DNA of 64,000 bases, taken from the NCBI RefSeq assembly GCF_006345805.1, contig NC_043005.1, positions 66,278,001 to 66,342,000 on the forward strand, read 5' to 3'. This DNA is from Octopus sinensis (lineage: Eukaryota). Made by a program: the position numbers and the translations under genes. The notes beneath the pieces are model-generated. The model worked only from the letters and a program-made list of their open reading frames with translations. It had not been told where the DNA came from and did not search any database. This document shows, piece by piece, positions 39,272-51,437 of this stretch (its first letter is position 1; the number at the start of each line of letters is the position of its first letter).

Positions 39272-39280
<9 letters not shown>
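38439..39280 (+). repeat. ~840-bp inverted copy of the PLE endonuclease and 3' region
   Basis: Near-identical reverse complement of 36209-37052. ORF 38393-38932 repeats the GIY-YIG protein. Confidence 0.93.
39100..39139 (+). ncRNA. Minimal hammerhead with U3-A8 core (inverted-arm copy)
   Basis: Identical to 36350-36389; predicted cleavage after 39132. Confidence 0.7.
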
Positions 39281-39309
<29 letters not shown>

Positions 39310-39615
39310 TATATATATATATATACATACATATAATATACATATACACATATATATATATATATATAGATATACATACACATATACATACATACACACA
39401 CACACCCATATATATATCTGTACATGCATATATATATACGTATGTATGTATGTATTTTATAAGTGCCAATGAACAATATTCTTCTCATTGGGTCACTCTG
39501 TTGCCTCTGCTAAATATTAATAATCAATATCATTGATTATCTACACATATATTTACACACACAAACACAAGCGTATGTGTGTATATGTGGTGTGTGTTTG
39601 TGTGTGTGTGTGTGT

Positions 39616-39647
<32 letters not shown>

Positions 39648-40636
39648 TGCGTCGTATTCCGCTGTTGATGTAACTTTACAATCCTGAAGTTAGGTGTCTG
39701 TCCTCCATCAACACTGGTCAACCAGTATTGTTGCTTTTACATCCCTCTAAATTTGCCGTTCGGCAAAAGAAACCGAAAGAATAAGTACCAAGTTTTAAGG
39801 AAAAAACTAATATATACGCAGGACGAATCAACGGACTAAAATCTTTCAAGACGCTGCCCCAGCATGGTCGCAACCTAATGATTGAAATACGTAAAAGTTA
39901 AAAGTCTAAGATATAACACATCGATATAAAAATGAAGTTTGAATTTTATATAACTTACACTCCATTGGGATTATTTCATATTTACAAGGATGCTATCTAC
40001 AAATTCCTGAAGTGTTTTTCCTTGTTTAAACTTTAAATACTATCAACCTATGTCGAGTAAACCAATTATGAAGGATTCATATCTGAAAATATGACAATTA
40101 AACTTTGACATCTCATTTACATATCGATATACTCACAGCCACAAATACATATATGCAAGCACCCCGACACAAACGCACATATCAGCGATACGCACTCACA
40201 CTCATACAGATAATAATTACCATTGTAACCCCCAGCATCAAAGAATCATTAGAAACTAATCTTCATCTGAATACGACGCCTGTCTTTTGCAGACAACTTT
40301 CTGTTATGTATCCCCGACGGATGGCTGAACCAAAGAATACAGTTAAAATTTATTTGTAAAATATAGTTTTTGAAATTACCCGAGGCAACCTGAAATCATG
40401 AGTAAACAGTTAGCAGCCCGATTTCGCACACAGTTGGAGATGAAATGCTGTTTTGAATTGAGTATGGAATTTTGTTTTGATAGATTCCACATTCGTTCAC
40501 CACATGCACGTGCAAGCATACGATTAAGCATTTAGCTAAACACAAGCATACGTACATATACATACACAAACACACAGAAGCACACACGCATATATATTAG
40601 TATATGTCAATCTCTCTCTGTCTGTCTCTCGGTCTC

Positions 40637-40724
<88 letters not shown>

Positions 40725-40744
40725 ATATATATGCATATACATAC

Positions 40745-40781
<37 letters not shown>

Positions 40782-40999
40782 AATAAATATATATATATAT
40801 ATACATATATATACATACATACATACATATACGTATACATTTATAGACTTCTCGTTGTCGGCTGGCCACCTGTTAATCCATCTCCCAGGGTAACCCGGTA
40901 GTGTGCTTACATTTGGAACTCACTTCAACTGAAAATAAATATATTAATAACAATAATAACTTGCAGATGGAAATTCATGTTTCTGCACCTCGGATGATC

Positions 41000-41960
41000 A
41001 TTAGGCATCACTTTTTCATTTAAAAAAATATTAATTAAGATTACTCTTAAAATTTATGAATCTCAAATTTCTTCTCCGCTTCATATCAATATGAGTGATT
41101 CTTCAGTTATTGCATTTATGTTAAGATCAATCTTAAGTAATATCTTATGAGCATGATAAATGGTTACGTGTTGATCGCGCGGGGTGCGGAGACATATATT
41201 GAGATGTGTTAATAAAGCCTATGAATTCCAGTTGTAAAAGTTCACGGTCACCCTCTTTTCCTGGCGGGTAAAGTCAATCTATATCTGCCTTAGGGTGGCG
41301 CATTCTATGCATTGTCAACAATTTCCGTATTTTTATGTGAAGATTACGTATTTCAGTAAATGACCAGTTCATAATATTGAAACTGTTAGTGACAACCTGA
41401 ATTACTAAAGTATTGATCGCTTCGATCCTTTTTCTTGTGTTCACATCTGTCTTGTGTATAGCCCCTGTCCCGCGATAACATTCTTTTCTGATCTTTCCCC
41501 TAATCATTGATTGTTTGATTCCATCACTTTCAATTAACCCTAGGTATTTGTAGCCCTCCGTTGGTTCTAACTCACTTATGACATTCTATTGGTCAAGATT
41601 AACGTTGGATGTTTCTATCATTTTTTCTCTTTTGCACATTTATCGAGGCCAAATTCCATCCTGATGTCATCACTGAACTGTTTAAAAATTGCTAGTTAGC
41701 CTTGCAGTTGTTGGTCACTTTTTGCAAAGTTTTAAACCATCCATGTTAAAGAAATGATTTATATTTTTTATCAAAAATTTTATATCTATTGTGCATCATC
41801 AAGCAATTTCGAAAGCGGTATTAAGGCTAGGCAAAACAGGAGTGGTGATAAAGAGCCATCTCCAGTATTGAAAGATTCATTGTCACTGTTCACAATCAGT
41901 GTGGTTTTCCACGATCTCATACTTACAAATATGAAGTTTCGCAGAGTAGGTGCTATCTTA
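41000..41960 (-). mobile_element. R4/Dong-type LINE RT fragment
   Basis: GDGSLSPLLFCLALIP, SDDIRMEFGLDKC, YKYLGLIES, RIEAINTLVIQVVTNSFNIMNW...HPKADID. Confidence 0.8.
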
Positions 41961-42048
41961 TAAATTTACAAACATTTCTTAAAATCCAGCTATGTGGTAG
42001 ACTATCAAATGCTATAGTTATTATTATTGTTATAATCTTTATATATAT

Positions 42049-42086
<38 letters not shown>

Positions 42087-42137
42087 ATTGGTGAATTGAA
42101 GAAATGGAGCTGAACGCAGATTGAACAGAAATCGTTT

Positions 42138-42230
42138 TATTTCATTCTACACGTGTTTCGAAAGGCACAATTTACCAAAATCCGATTGAATAATGGGACC
42201 ATATTGTGTCTTTCTCTTCAGGAAGAAATA
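42138..42230 (-). ncRNA. Type I hammerhead motif, left arm of the palindrome
   Basis: Mirror image of 42423-42515. Confidence 0.75.
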
Positions 42231-42422
42231 GGAAATCCGTTGGAAAAAACAAAAACAGAACAGAGGCGGAGCAAAAACAAATCGAACTAGGCTCCTAAGA
42301 GCCATCGAACTAGGCTCCTAAGAGCCCATGGCGAAACAGTTTCGCCATGGGCTCTTAGGAGCCTAGTTCGATTTGTTTTTGCTCCGCCTCTGTTCTGTTT
42401 TTGTTTTTTCCAACGGATTTCC

Positions 42423-42515
42423 TATTTCTTCCTGAAGAGAAAGACACAATATGGTCCCATTATTCAATCGGATTTTGGTAAATTGTGCCTTTCGAAACAC
42501 GTGTAGAATGAAATA
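42423..42515 (+). ncRNA. Type I hammerhead motif with long stem II and palindromic stem III
   Basis: TATTTCTTC-CTGAAGA-GAAAG a CACAAT...ATTGTG c CTTTC-GAAA-CACGTG-TA-GAATGAAATA. Confidence 0.75.
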
Positions 42516-43319
42516 AAACGATTTCTGTTCAATCTGCGTTCAGCTCCATTTCTTCAATTCACCAATAATATTTTAATTTCAATTATCCGCACCAACGCAC
42601 GGTTGCAACACCATATGGTTGTACCTCCAACCGTGCTGTTTACTGCTGTGATTTTTGCTACCAAGGTATCGGTTAAACTTTTGATTAATCTACTACAAGA
42701 TTATTCATCTTTCTATTCATATCACATTATATATATATATATATATAAGAGAAAAGTGATGGCTCAGGGAAAACAATGGCTGTGTTATGAAGTACTTTAG
42801 CTTACATCTGTTTCTGCTATTCGATGCAATGGACTTGTAGTTGAGTGTCTGAATAACATACTGCATCTTTATCGGAGCCTCGAATATGAAGTTTAATTCA
42901 TTTTGGGGGTTAAAAAAAAAACAAAGAATTACATTTGTGCAGATTTACAAAAAATGCATTACCAGTGAGAAAGCCATTACTGATATATATATATAATAAA
43001 AATGTGTATGCCAAAAAGGCAATTAGATTTACGCGTAGAAGAAAAGTCCTGGATTCGATTTCTGCAACTAAGGCCTTTTATGGTGGTATATATATATACA
43101 CGCACGTACGCACTTGAAAATGTACGCTGGCACAGCCATATACACACTGCAAAGTTGCATACAGATGCTACGCGCACACACTCACACACACGCACAGATG
43201 TGTGTGTGTGTATACATTTAAATGTATATGCACATACACGAAGAAAATCATGTCCACAGACGTATATACACATTACAGTTCTGCACCATATTTTTAATTC
43301 TTTAATTCGCAATGTCTAA

Positions 43320-43355
<36 letters not shown>

Positions 43356-44209
43356 CATATATGTATTGATATATATGTGTGTGTATATATTTATATGTAA
43401 GTACGTATATATACGTTTATATGTATATATATATATATGTATGTTATATATGTATAAATAAATATACATATACGTGTATATATATATATATATACATGTA
43501 TAAATAGAGAGAGAAATAGAGAGAGAGAGATACTGAGTCACTAACTCAAAGCCTGGTACTTAGTCTGTCGGTCTCTTTTGTCGAATTGCTAAGTTACTGG
43601 TACGTAAAGAAACCGATAACCGTTGCCAAACGGTGGTAGGGGATAAACACAGACACAAAAGCACACGCAGACATGACAGACACATGACATACATACATAC
43701 ATACATACATACATACGTACATACATACATACATACATACATATATACATACATACATGTAGATAATATTATTGAAATTAATATTTCCGGAACATTTTCA
43801 AGGCGATCCAAACTGAGTTAACTTCAAAATGAACTAAGGAAATATTTCCAGTACACGAACGCACTGTGCAATCATTACGATGCAATGGCTGTGATATAGT
43901 TTATAGATACACATATGAATGCATGTATCTATAAACTATAGGTCGTCATCCGCAAGCGTGTATAACTTAGTTGTTTTAAGGACTTATATGATCGTAAGCA
44001 GACGTTGAGACAGTTTCACATAAGCAACAAAAGATCGAGGATGTAATAGAATGAAGGAAGGTGAGTTATTATATCAACACTTGGATGCTATATATCTACA
44101 ACTGAGTTAAGTGGACCAATGTAAGAAGATTTTCCTTGCCTAAAGGAACAAGAGTCGAACCCACTAACACTAATACACCTGCACACACACACATGCACAC
44201 ACAGATACG

Positions 44210-44241
<32 letters not shown>

Positions 44242-44274
44242 CACACACACACAACACACACACACACCACACAC

Positions 44275-44308
<34 letters not shown>

Positions 44309-44311
44309 CAC

Positions 44312-44348
<37 letters not shown>

Positions 44349-44779
44349 ATATATATATATATACATATATATATATTCTTTTACATATATATTCTTTTAC
44401 ATATTTCAGTCAGTTGAGTGAGGCTATGCATGACCACCGCCATAAAAGGCCTTAGTCGCAGAAATCGAACCCAGGACTTATTTATTCCAAGCCTAGTATA
44501 TATTCTATCGGTTTCTTTTGCCGAACCACTAAGTTATGGAGATGTAAACACACAAATATCGGTTGTCTAGCGATGGTAGGCGACAAACACAGACACACAC
44601 ATAAGTATACATACGACTGTCTTCTTTCTCAAGTTCTTTGTATTATGGTTTTTACTTACTGCACTGAAATGTACGTTGATATTTAATTAAGTTAATTTAA
44701 ATCAATCATGAATTTACGTTATTATTATATCTCTGTATGAAACGATCGTCAGCAAGAATTATAATTCTTATATATTTTA

Positions 44780-45400
44780 ACAACTTGTTTCCTCCGTTTT
44801 AAACTAAATTGATGAGTTTTCTGGGACTTCACTCCATAAATTCACCATCAAATACTAGTTTCGTATCTTCGCAAATTTACGCCTATTAACTCCCAGTAAA
44901 GTATGAAGAATCAACATTAGAATTTTTTTTTGAAAACCTCCAAATTAAAGGACGAATCTACATTCAACCTTTATACACCAATATATATATATACATACAC
45001 GTCCGATTCGTTTATTAATTAGCTATTTGTTTTCGTACCACGTTTTGTGGGGTTCGTTGGTGTCCACTGTCTTACGGAACGATTCTTGTGGATATTTCGA
45101 AAAGTTCCCTCTGCTTAAAAATTATTTCTGAGTCAAATAATGGTAAGCCTCGGAGGTAGATCTGATTGAAACTTCTCACTAAGCTGTCTTTTCACTTCGA
45201 CTGCATCTTCAAACATCCACAGGCAATTTTGGGTAAATTCCTTTTGTTCAAAGCTTAGTTTGGTTCCTATTAATATTTCTAACTAGTGGACCGCCTTTCA
45301 GGCAGTTGCAGTTTTCTTCTAGTTATTAAATGATATTTACACATTTGATATGTCTAATTCTGATGTGTTACTCCTAATTTTCACTGTATCCTTTATTTGT
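44780..45400 (-). mobile_element. Tc1/mariner transposase relic (HTH/DUF4817-like N-terminus)
   Basis: TKLSFEQKEFTQNCLWMFEDAVEVKRQLSEKFQSDLPPRLTII*...EGTFRNIHKNRS resembles this transposase family. Confidence 0.65.
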
Positions 45401-46292
45401 CTAATGGTACTCTCTCGCTCAGTAAATTTAGAGCATAACTACAGAAGTGTGCACCACCGACTTTGTTTCCTCATAACTGTCTGAAAAATAAATATTTGTT
45501 TTTGAAATTTTCTACAAATACGTCTCAGATAGTGTAGATTACCATTATATCGCAATTGTTGTGCAAAACTTTTATTAGCAGAAGATGGGTCAGAAGTTAT
45601 TGATAATTTACCCGTCTCAATTTTGTGTCTTCATAGATTTCTGAAAACTTAGAATTTCTTATAAGATATTATCTTCATCTTTTGATTATGAATTTTTAAA
45701 GAAAGCTACATGAAAAAAAAGATCGGTAATTGGTAGGAGGCACCTGCTTTAGCTATGTCTAATTGATATTTGCAAATTAAAACCATATTTCTTATTCAGT
45801 AGTCTACTTATTTAACAACACTCGGCAAATATAGATTTGGATGAACTTGAAATTTGCTGAATGTAGCGTTGCAAATATTTGAGTAACCTAAGTATTTCCA
45901 GAAATATAAATAGCGACGTTAAAAAAACGCTCTCTCGCACTGAATTAAATTGCTGCAGGGCATAAGAATTACTTTTGATTGAAGTGCACAATAAAAATCT
46001 TCAATGACGAAGCCCCAGCATGGCCACAACCATAGGGCTGAAACGTATAAAAGAATAAAAAGTATTTATTTTTAAATCGCATTTTGATAAAAAAAAAAAA
46101 AGGAAAATATGAATTGGAATTTATGCAAATTTTCTTGATAGGGCAAAATTTAATAATTGCTTTGTGTTTCTGAATGTTGCACAATCCGCTCTAACTAGTG
46201 AGCAGCTTACAGTAAAAAAAAAAACGAAATGAAATTAATTAGCAGCTGTTAAAGTGTGTGAGTTCGTTCTTTTTCTTTTGGTCCATCCTCAC

Positions 46293-46370
<78 letters not shown>

Positions 46371-47089
46371 GTTATCCGTAATAATGAAGGGTGAAATTAA
46401 TTAATTTGGAATAATTATCATACACCAAGTAGTCTTCGGCATGTAAAAGCCTCATTCGAGGAAAATTTAAGTAATACTAAGAAATAAAGGGTTTAGCAAT
46501 TCGTTGCTAAACCCTTTATTGCTTAGTATATATATATATATATATATATATACACGCATGTGTGGTGTGTAAAACACATAAATTTATAAGTGTATATGTA
46601 TGTATCAGAATGCGTGTAGCTTGTCATATGGTGACCTACTCAGCTTTTACTTCTTGTTTCATAGACACAAAAGCAAATATTTAATCGAATAGCAATCACA
46701 CTATAAGCTTTGCTTAAGTTTTGCAGGCTTAACTCCATCTGCTAGTCAGTGTTATGGTTTTTACGGTTTTATGACCATTGTTTTGCTGAATTACCGGCAT
46801 TGATTTCTAATTTAAATATTGTGTAAAGAATCGATAAATTAGTGGACATCTGTTCAATTAAGCTCATGTTATAACGAGCCTGAAACCAAGCCGTTGAAGC
46901 TGCTTACGAACCGCATGGTTCCGGGTTCAGTCCCAGTGCGTGGCACCTTAGGCAAATGTCTCATACTATAGTCTCGGGCCAACCAAAGCCATGTGAGTGG
47001 ATTTGGTAGACGGAAAATGAAAGAAGCCCGTTGTATATATATATATATATATGTATAAGGGTGAAAAGGAACACACGAGTTGATATATA

Positions 47090-47495
47090 TGAAAAAACAA
47101 GTAAAAAATAGAAAATGCTAAAATAATTTTATAGTGAACATTTCAGGAATTGAACTGAGACTGCCAGCCGCCACTGACCATTCAAAATACGACCATCAGG
47201 GCACTCCCAGATTCTCCCACCCCCTTTCCTCACCAGCCTTCTCTCTACTACCCTACCAAGAGCTCACAACTACCTCGAACACACAAGTGCAAACAAGGGA
47301 GTCAGAGAAAGGCAGAATGCCACTTAAATCTGAACACTACTATAGAAATATTCTTTTAAAAAACTTTTCTTCTAATTTTTCTAAATTTAATTATTTAATC
47401 GTTACAGTTGAAAAGGTCTCAAATGACCGAAACCGGTACTGAAATGTTCACTATAAAATTATTTTAGCATTTTCTATTTTTTACTTGTTTTTTCA
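47090..47495. repeat. 57-bp inverted repeats enclosing a pLTR-like fragment
   Basis: 47090-47146 is the reverse complement of 47439-47495. Confidence 0.9.
47402..47444 (+). ncRNA. Minimal hammerhead with U3-A8 core
   Basis: TTACAG-TTGAAAA-GGTC tcaaat GACC-GAAA-CCGG-TA-CTGAAA. Predicted cleavage after 47438. Confidence 0.7.
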
Positions 47496-47557
47496 TATAT
47501 ATATATATATATTATATATATAATATATATATATTATATATTATATATATATATATA

Positions 47558-47746
47558 CAATTAAGGACTGAACACGAAAAGTGGACAGTCAACATGCTAG
47601 ATATAGACGCCAAATCGCCATTTTCCACAAAAGATTATGTTCTCAGATCAAACTCATCTGAGAACATAATCTTTTGTGGAAATTGGCGATTTGGCGTCTA
47701 TATCTAGCATGTTGACTGTCCACTTTTCGTGTTCAGTCCTTAATTG
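47558..47746. repeat. Palindrome with 91-bp arms and a 7-nt loop
   Basis: 47558-47648 versus 47656-47746, with one mismatch seen. Confidence 0.93.
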
Positions 47747-47884
47747 GTATATATAAATATTTTAATCTTCGGATTCTTTTTTTATATGCTAGACCACTGG
47801 TTCTAATTGATAAATATCAATTTCTACCCTAAATTAATTGTATATACACACACACACACACACACACCACACACACACACACAC

Positions 47885-47915
<31 letters not shown>

Positions 47916-47938
47916 TATGTATATAATATTTATATATG

Positions 47939-47972
<34 letters not shown>

Positions 47973-49696
47973 CAAATGGGACAAGAACGCAAAACATTCG
48001 GACAACTAGGTGATACAAAAAGGTACAACAAAACATCCAGATAGACGATACAAAGAACACAAGGACAGGTCATTCGAAGTTTTCTATCTTCAGTAAAGAA
48101 CCAGATTATCCTCGCAATTTCGGCTAATTATTCTTGAGATTGTTCCAATCTGACCAGCCCCAAGGATGAACTAAGCTAAGAGCATATATATGTATGTATG
48201 TGTGTCTGTGTTTGTTACCCCCAACATCGCTTGACAACCGAGTGTGGTGTGTTTACGTCGCCGTAAGCTAGCGGTTCGGCAAAAGAGACCGATAGAATAA
48301 GTGCTAGGCTTACAAAGAATAAGTCCTGAAGTAGATTTGCTCGACTAAATGCGGTGCTCCAGCATGGCCACTGTCAAATGACTGCAACAATTAAACGATT
48401 AAAAGAGTAAAGAGTGTATCCATACAAATGTGTAAACACGCAGCGTTGAGTAACGTACGTTACAATGACTGGTATTTGAAGCACTATCAAGAAGTTGAGC
48501 TGATATCCTTACACAATGTATATCCATCGCGGTAAAAATATGAAAACAACGTAGTTATAGATGAGAAGTGAATTTACTCTACCAGATTTTAAAACAAAAT
48601 AATAGGTTAATTAACTTAAATTTTATATATGAAATAAGTTCTTTTGAATTTGCTGTAGGAACGGATCTATGATTGTGGTGGTGCGTCGGTAGATGGGGGC
48701 TGGGTGTTAAGAATATGACCAGTTACAATGTGACTTTTTTCTTTATTTATGACCGAAAACTTCGTTCTATCTTTGTTCAATGAATGCAGAAGTCACTGCC
48801 GTTAAAATGCAGAACATGTGGCAATGTAATCGGGGACAATGATGTCTCTCGTTCGATATATCTCTGTTTCTTCAAACTATTGATCTGCGTCCCTGAGAAC
48901 AGAAATGTTTGTTGGGTACACTGATTAATTCTATGTATCAACATAAAGATTATGGATGATAAAATATTACTGACAAGCTGAAGTTTCAAGGATTTAACTT
49001 CACCTGCTATACGATCCTTACGTTCATAATGTTTCTATGTTTATTGTTTTACTGGCGTCGTCTTTTACTTTAATAGTTACGTAGCCAATCAATAAAATAT
49101 GTCCTGGAAAGACACTATAGAAGCAAGACGCTATAGAATGAATACGATAATGAGATCAAATTCTTTGTGGGACATTCGATGTGTTTCTGGTTATGAGTTG
49201 CAGATCATTCGAGAATGGAATGTATTTCAGAATAGCATCCTGTTTTTATGAAATAAGATAAGGTTTAGAAATCCGTGAGATTCGAGAAAGAAAAGCAGAG
49301 ATTATATCATTGAATTTCAATAATACTCACCTACAGTTTTACTTATCTATTTGTACTAAATAATAAATACAGCCTCAATTAAGAATCTAGGAATATTTTT
49401 TGTAAATATACAACTGTTTTGTTTTTAATTATTATAATTATCATTAAAACCACTCGGTAATACCGGTGAGCACAGGTCTAGTAGTCACGTATGAAAGGAT
49501 ATGTATGTATGTATGTATATATATGTATATATATACATACATACATACAAGTATCTATCTATCTATCTATCGCTCTCTCTCTCTATATATATATATACAT
49601 ATATATAATAATAATATTAGGAAGTAAATCCAAACTTACAGGAAAAAATTAGATTTAGGATTAAATCTAATTTTACAGTATAAATATATATAATAA

Positions 49697-50177
49697 ATTA
49701 GAGATAAAACCACTATTAGGCAAATCAAACAGTGAAAAACATAAACCAAAACATAGAAATAAAATAGATTAATATAATATACAAAATATATGAAATATAA
49801 AATTCAAAATTTAAATTATCTAAATTTAAAGTTAAAATTTTAAAAATTATTAATTTTTATATATGTATAAATATATATATATATATAAATATCATTATTT
49901 TTAATTTTTATTATTATTTATTATTATTTTTATTTATTATTTATTATTTTTATTTTTATTATTTTTTCATATTATTTTTATGATATATATATAAAAATTT
50001 ATAAGTATAAATTAATAATTTAAAAAATTTTAACTTTAAATTTAAATAATTTAAATTTTGAATTTTATATTTTATATATTTTATATATTTTGTATATTAT
50101 ATTAATTAATTTTATTTCTATGTTTTGGTTTATGTTTTTCAGTGTTTGATTTGCCTAATAGTGGTTTTATCTCTAAT
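49697..50177. repeat. Extremely AT-rich imperfect inverted repeat
   Basis: TTAGAGATAAAACCACTATTAGGCAAATCAAAC... is mirrored at 50140-50177. Arms are about 170 bp. Confidence 0.8.
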
Positions 50178-51324
50178 GTAATATATATACATATTGTTGT
50201 GAATGGTCAGGGATACCTCTTGACCTACTTTGTTGGGAGTGGAGTCTGGAAGTCTACAGTACAAAATTATAGTCCTTTGTTTACGGAAGACTGGTGGCTT
50301 TTGGAAGGACCTTTGGCCTTGTGCCGGTCGAGTAGGGGTCAGAGAGATGTGAGGAAGAAGAAAGTAGTGAGAAAGTCAGATTAAGGAATCTGAGAGCTGT
50401 CGTGAGAGAGTGACAGCGACAGCGTCGATGAAGATAGGCACATAGGACCAAGAGCAGATAGAGAGAGTATTAGCAGTGCTAAGACAGATTGGGGGTGGTG
50501 ACAGAGCAAGAGGTTTTGGCAGTCGAGCGGTTGGACTTAGGAGCGAGGATTTGGGATTCGGGGCAAGAGTTTGGCAAGTTGGAGTTAGCGGCACTGAGAG
50601 AGATGAGGTGCAATATGGGACACTGGCTATTCTAGTAGGAATTAAGGTACGTGAATTGTGTATTGATATGTGAAGAAAAAGAAGGAAAAAAGAATCGATG
50701 TATCGAAATGTTGAAAAGAAATGTATAAAGACATTATGTTAACGAAAAGAACAGTGCTGAAGAAATGAGACAGTGAAAAGAATCGAATATTGAACTGTAT
50801 AGGCCTTTAATGTCCTTTGAACTGTAACTTTAATGTGTTTTAAAACAGAACTGTGTCTCCGGACGTGTACTCTTGAAATGCTGTTGTTATTGAACTTGAT
50901 GTGTTGTTACCGGACGGTTATATTGTATCTGCATGTTTAAATGCTTTGATCTGTGGTATACCTGTATGATGTAATGAGTTGTTACTTGCATGTCCTCTTT
51001 TAAATGTATCTGAAATGTATTTGTTGTTGTAACAATTGTAATAGTCATATAAACTAGTTGTTAAACGTAGCCAATTGCCTTGCCTCTGTGTGTCTCTCTC
51101 GATTGCCTTCCGCTGTGTCTCTGTATCTCTTCTTGCTGCGGCTGCTATTGTAGTTGTTGTTGTATCTCTCTCTTCTCTCTGGGTTTCCGTGGCGGAAATA
51201 TTCGCTGAATCGAACGGGCCTGTGTGAGGGATTCTGTAACAGGTTTCGTATGTTCGACGGAGGTCCCTCCCTCGTAACAATATATATATATATAGAGAGA
51301 GAGAGAGGGAGAGAAAGATACTTG

Positions 51325-51403
<79 letters not shown>

Positions 51404-51437
51404 GCACATATAAATACAGTGTATATTTAAACACGTA

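Larger units (their letters stand above)
42087..42566. repeat. Near-perfect palindrome with 228-bp arms, centre at 42338
   Basis: The arms are reverse complements, apart from a 23-bp tandem duplication in the left arm. Confidence 0.95.

Noticed and set aside
45071-45270. Apparent minus-strand exons (87 and 35 nt)
   Set aside because: The frame reads through as a Tc1/mariner transposase N-terminus, so these are transposon sequence.
48060-48100. Minus-strand CTGAAGA..GAA-T-GAC ct GTC hammerhead-like fold
   Set aside because: It lacks the A15.1-U16.1 pair and stem I.
50660-51279. Possible solo LTR ending GTAACA
   Set aside because: No partner LTR, PBS, PPT or TSD identified, and the 5' boundary is undefined.
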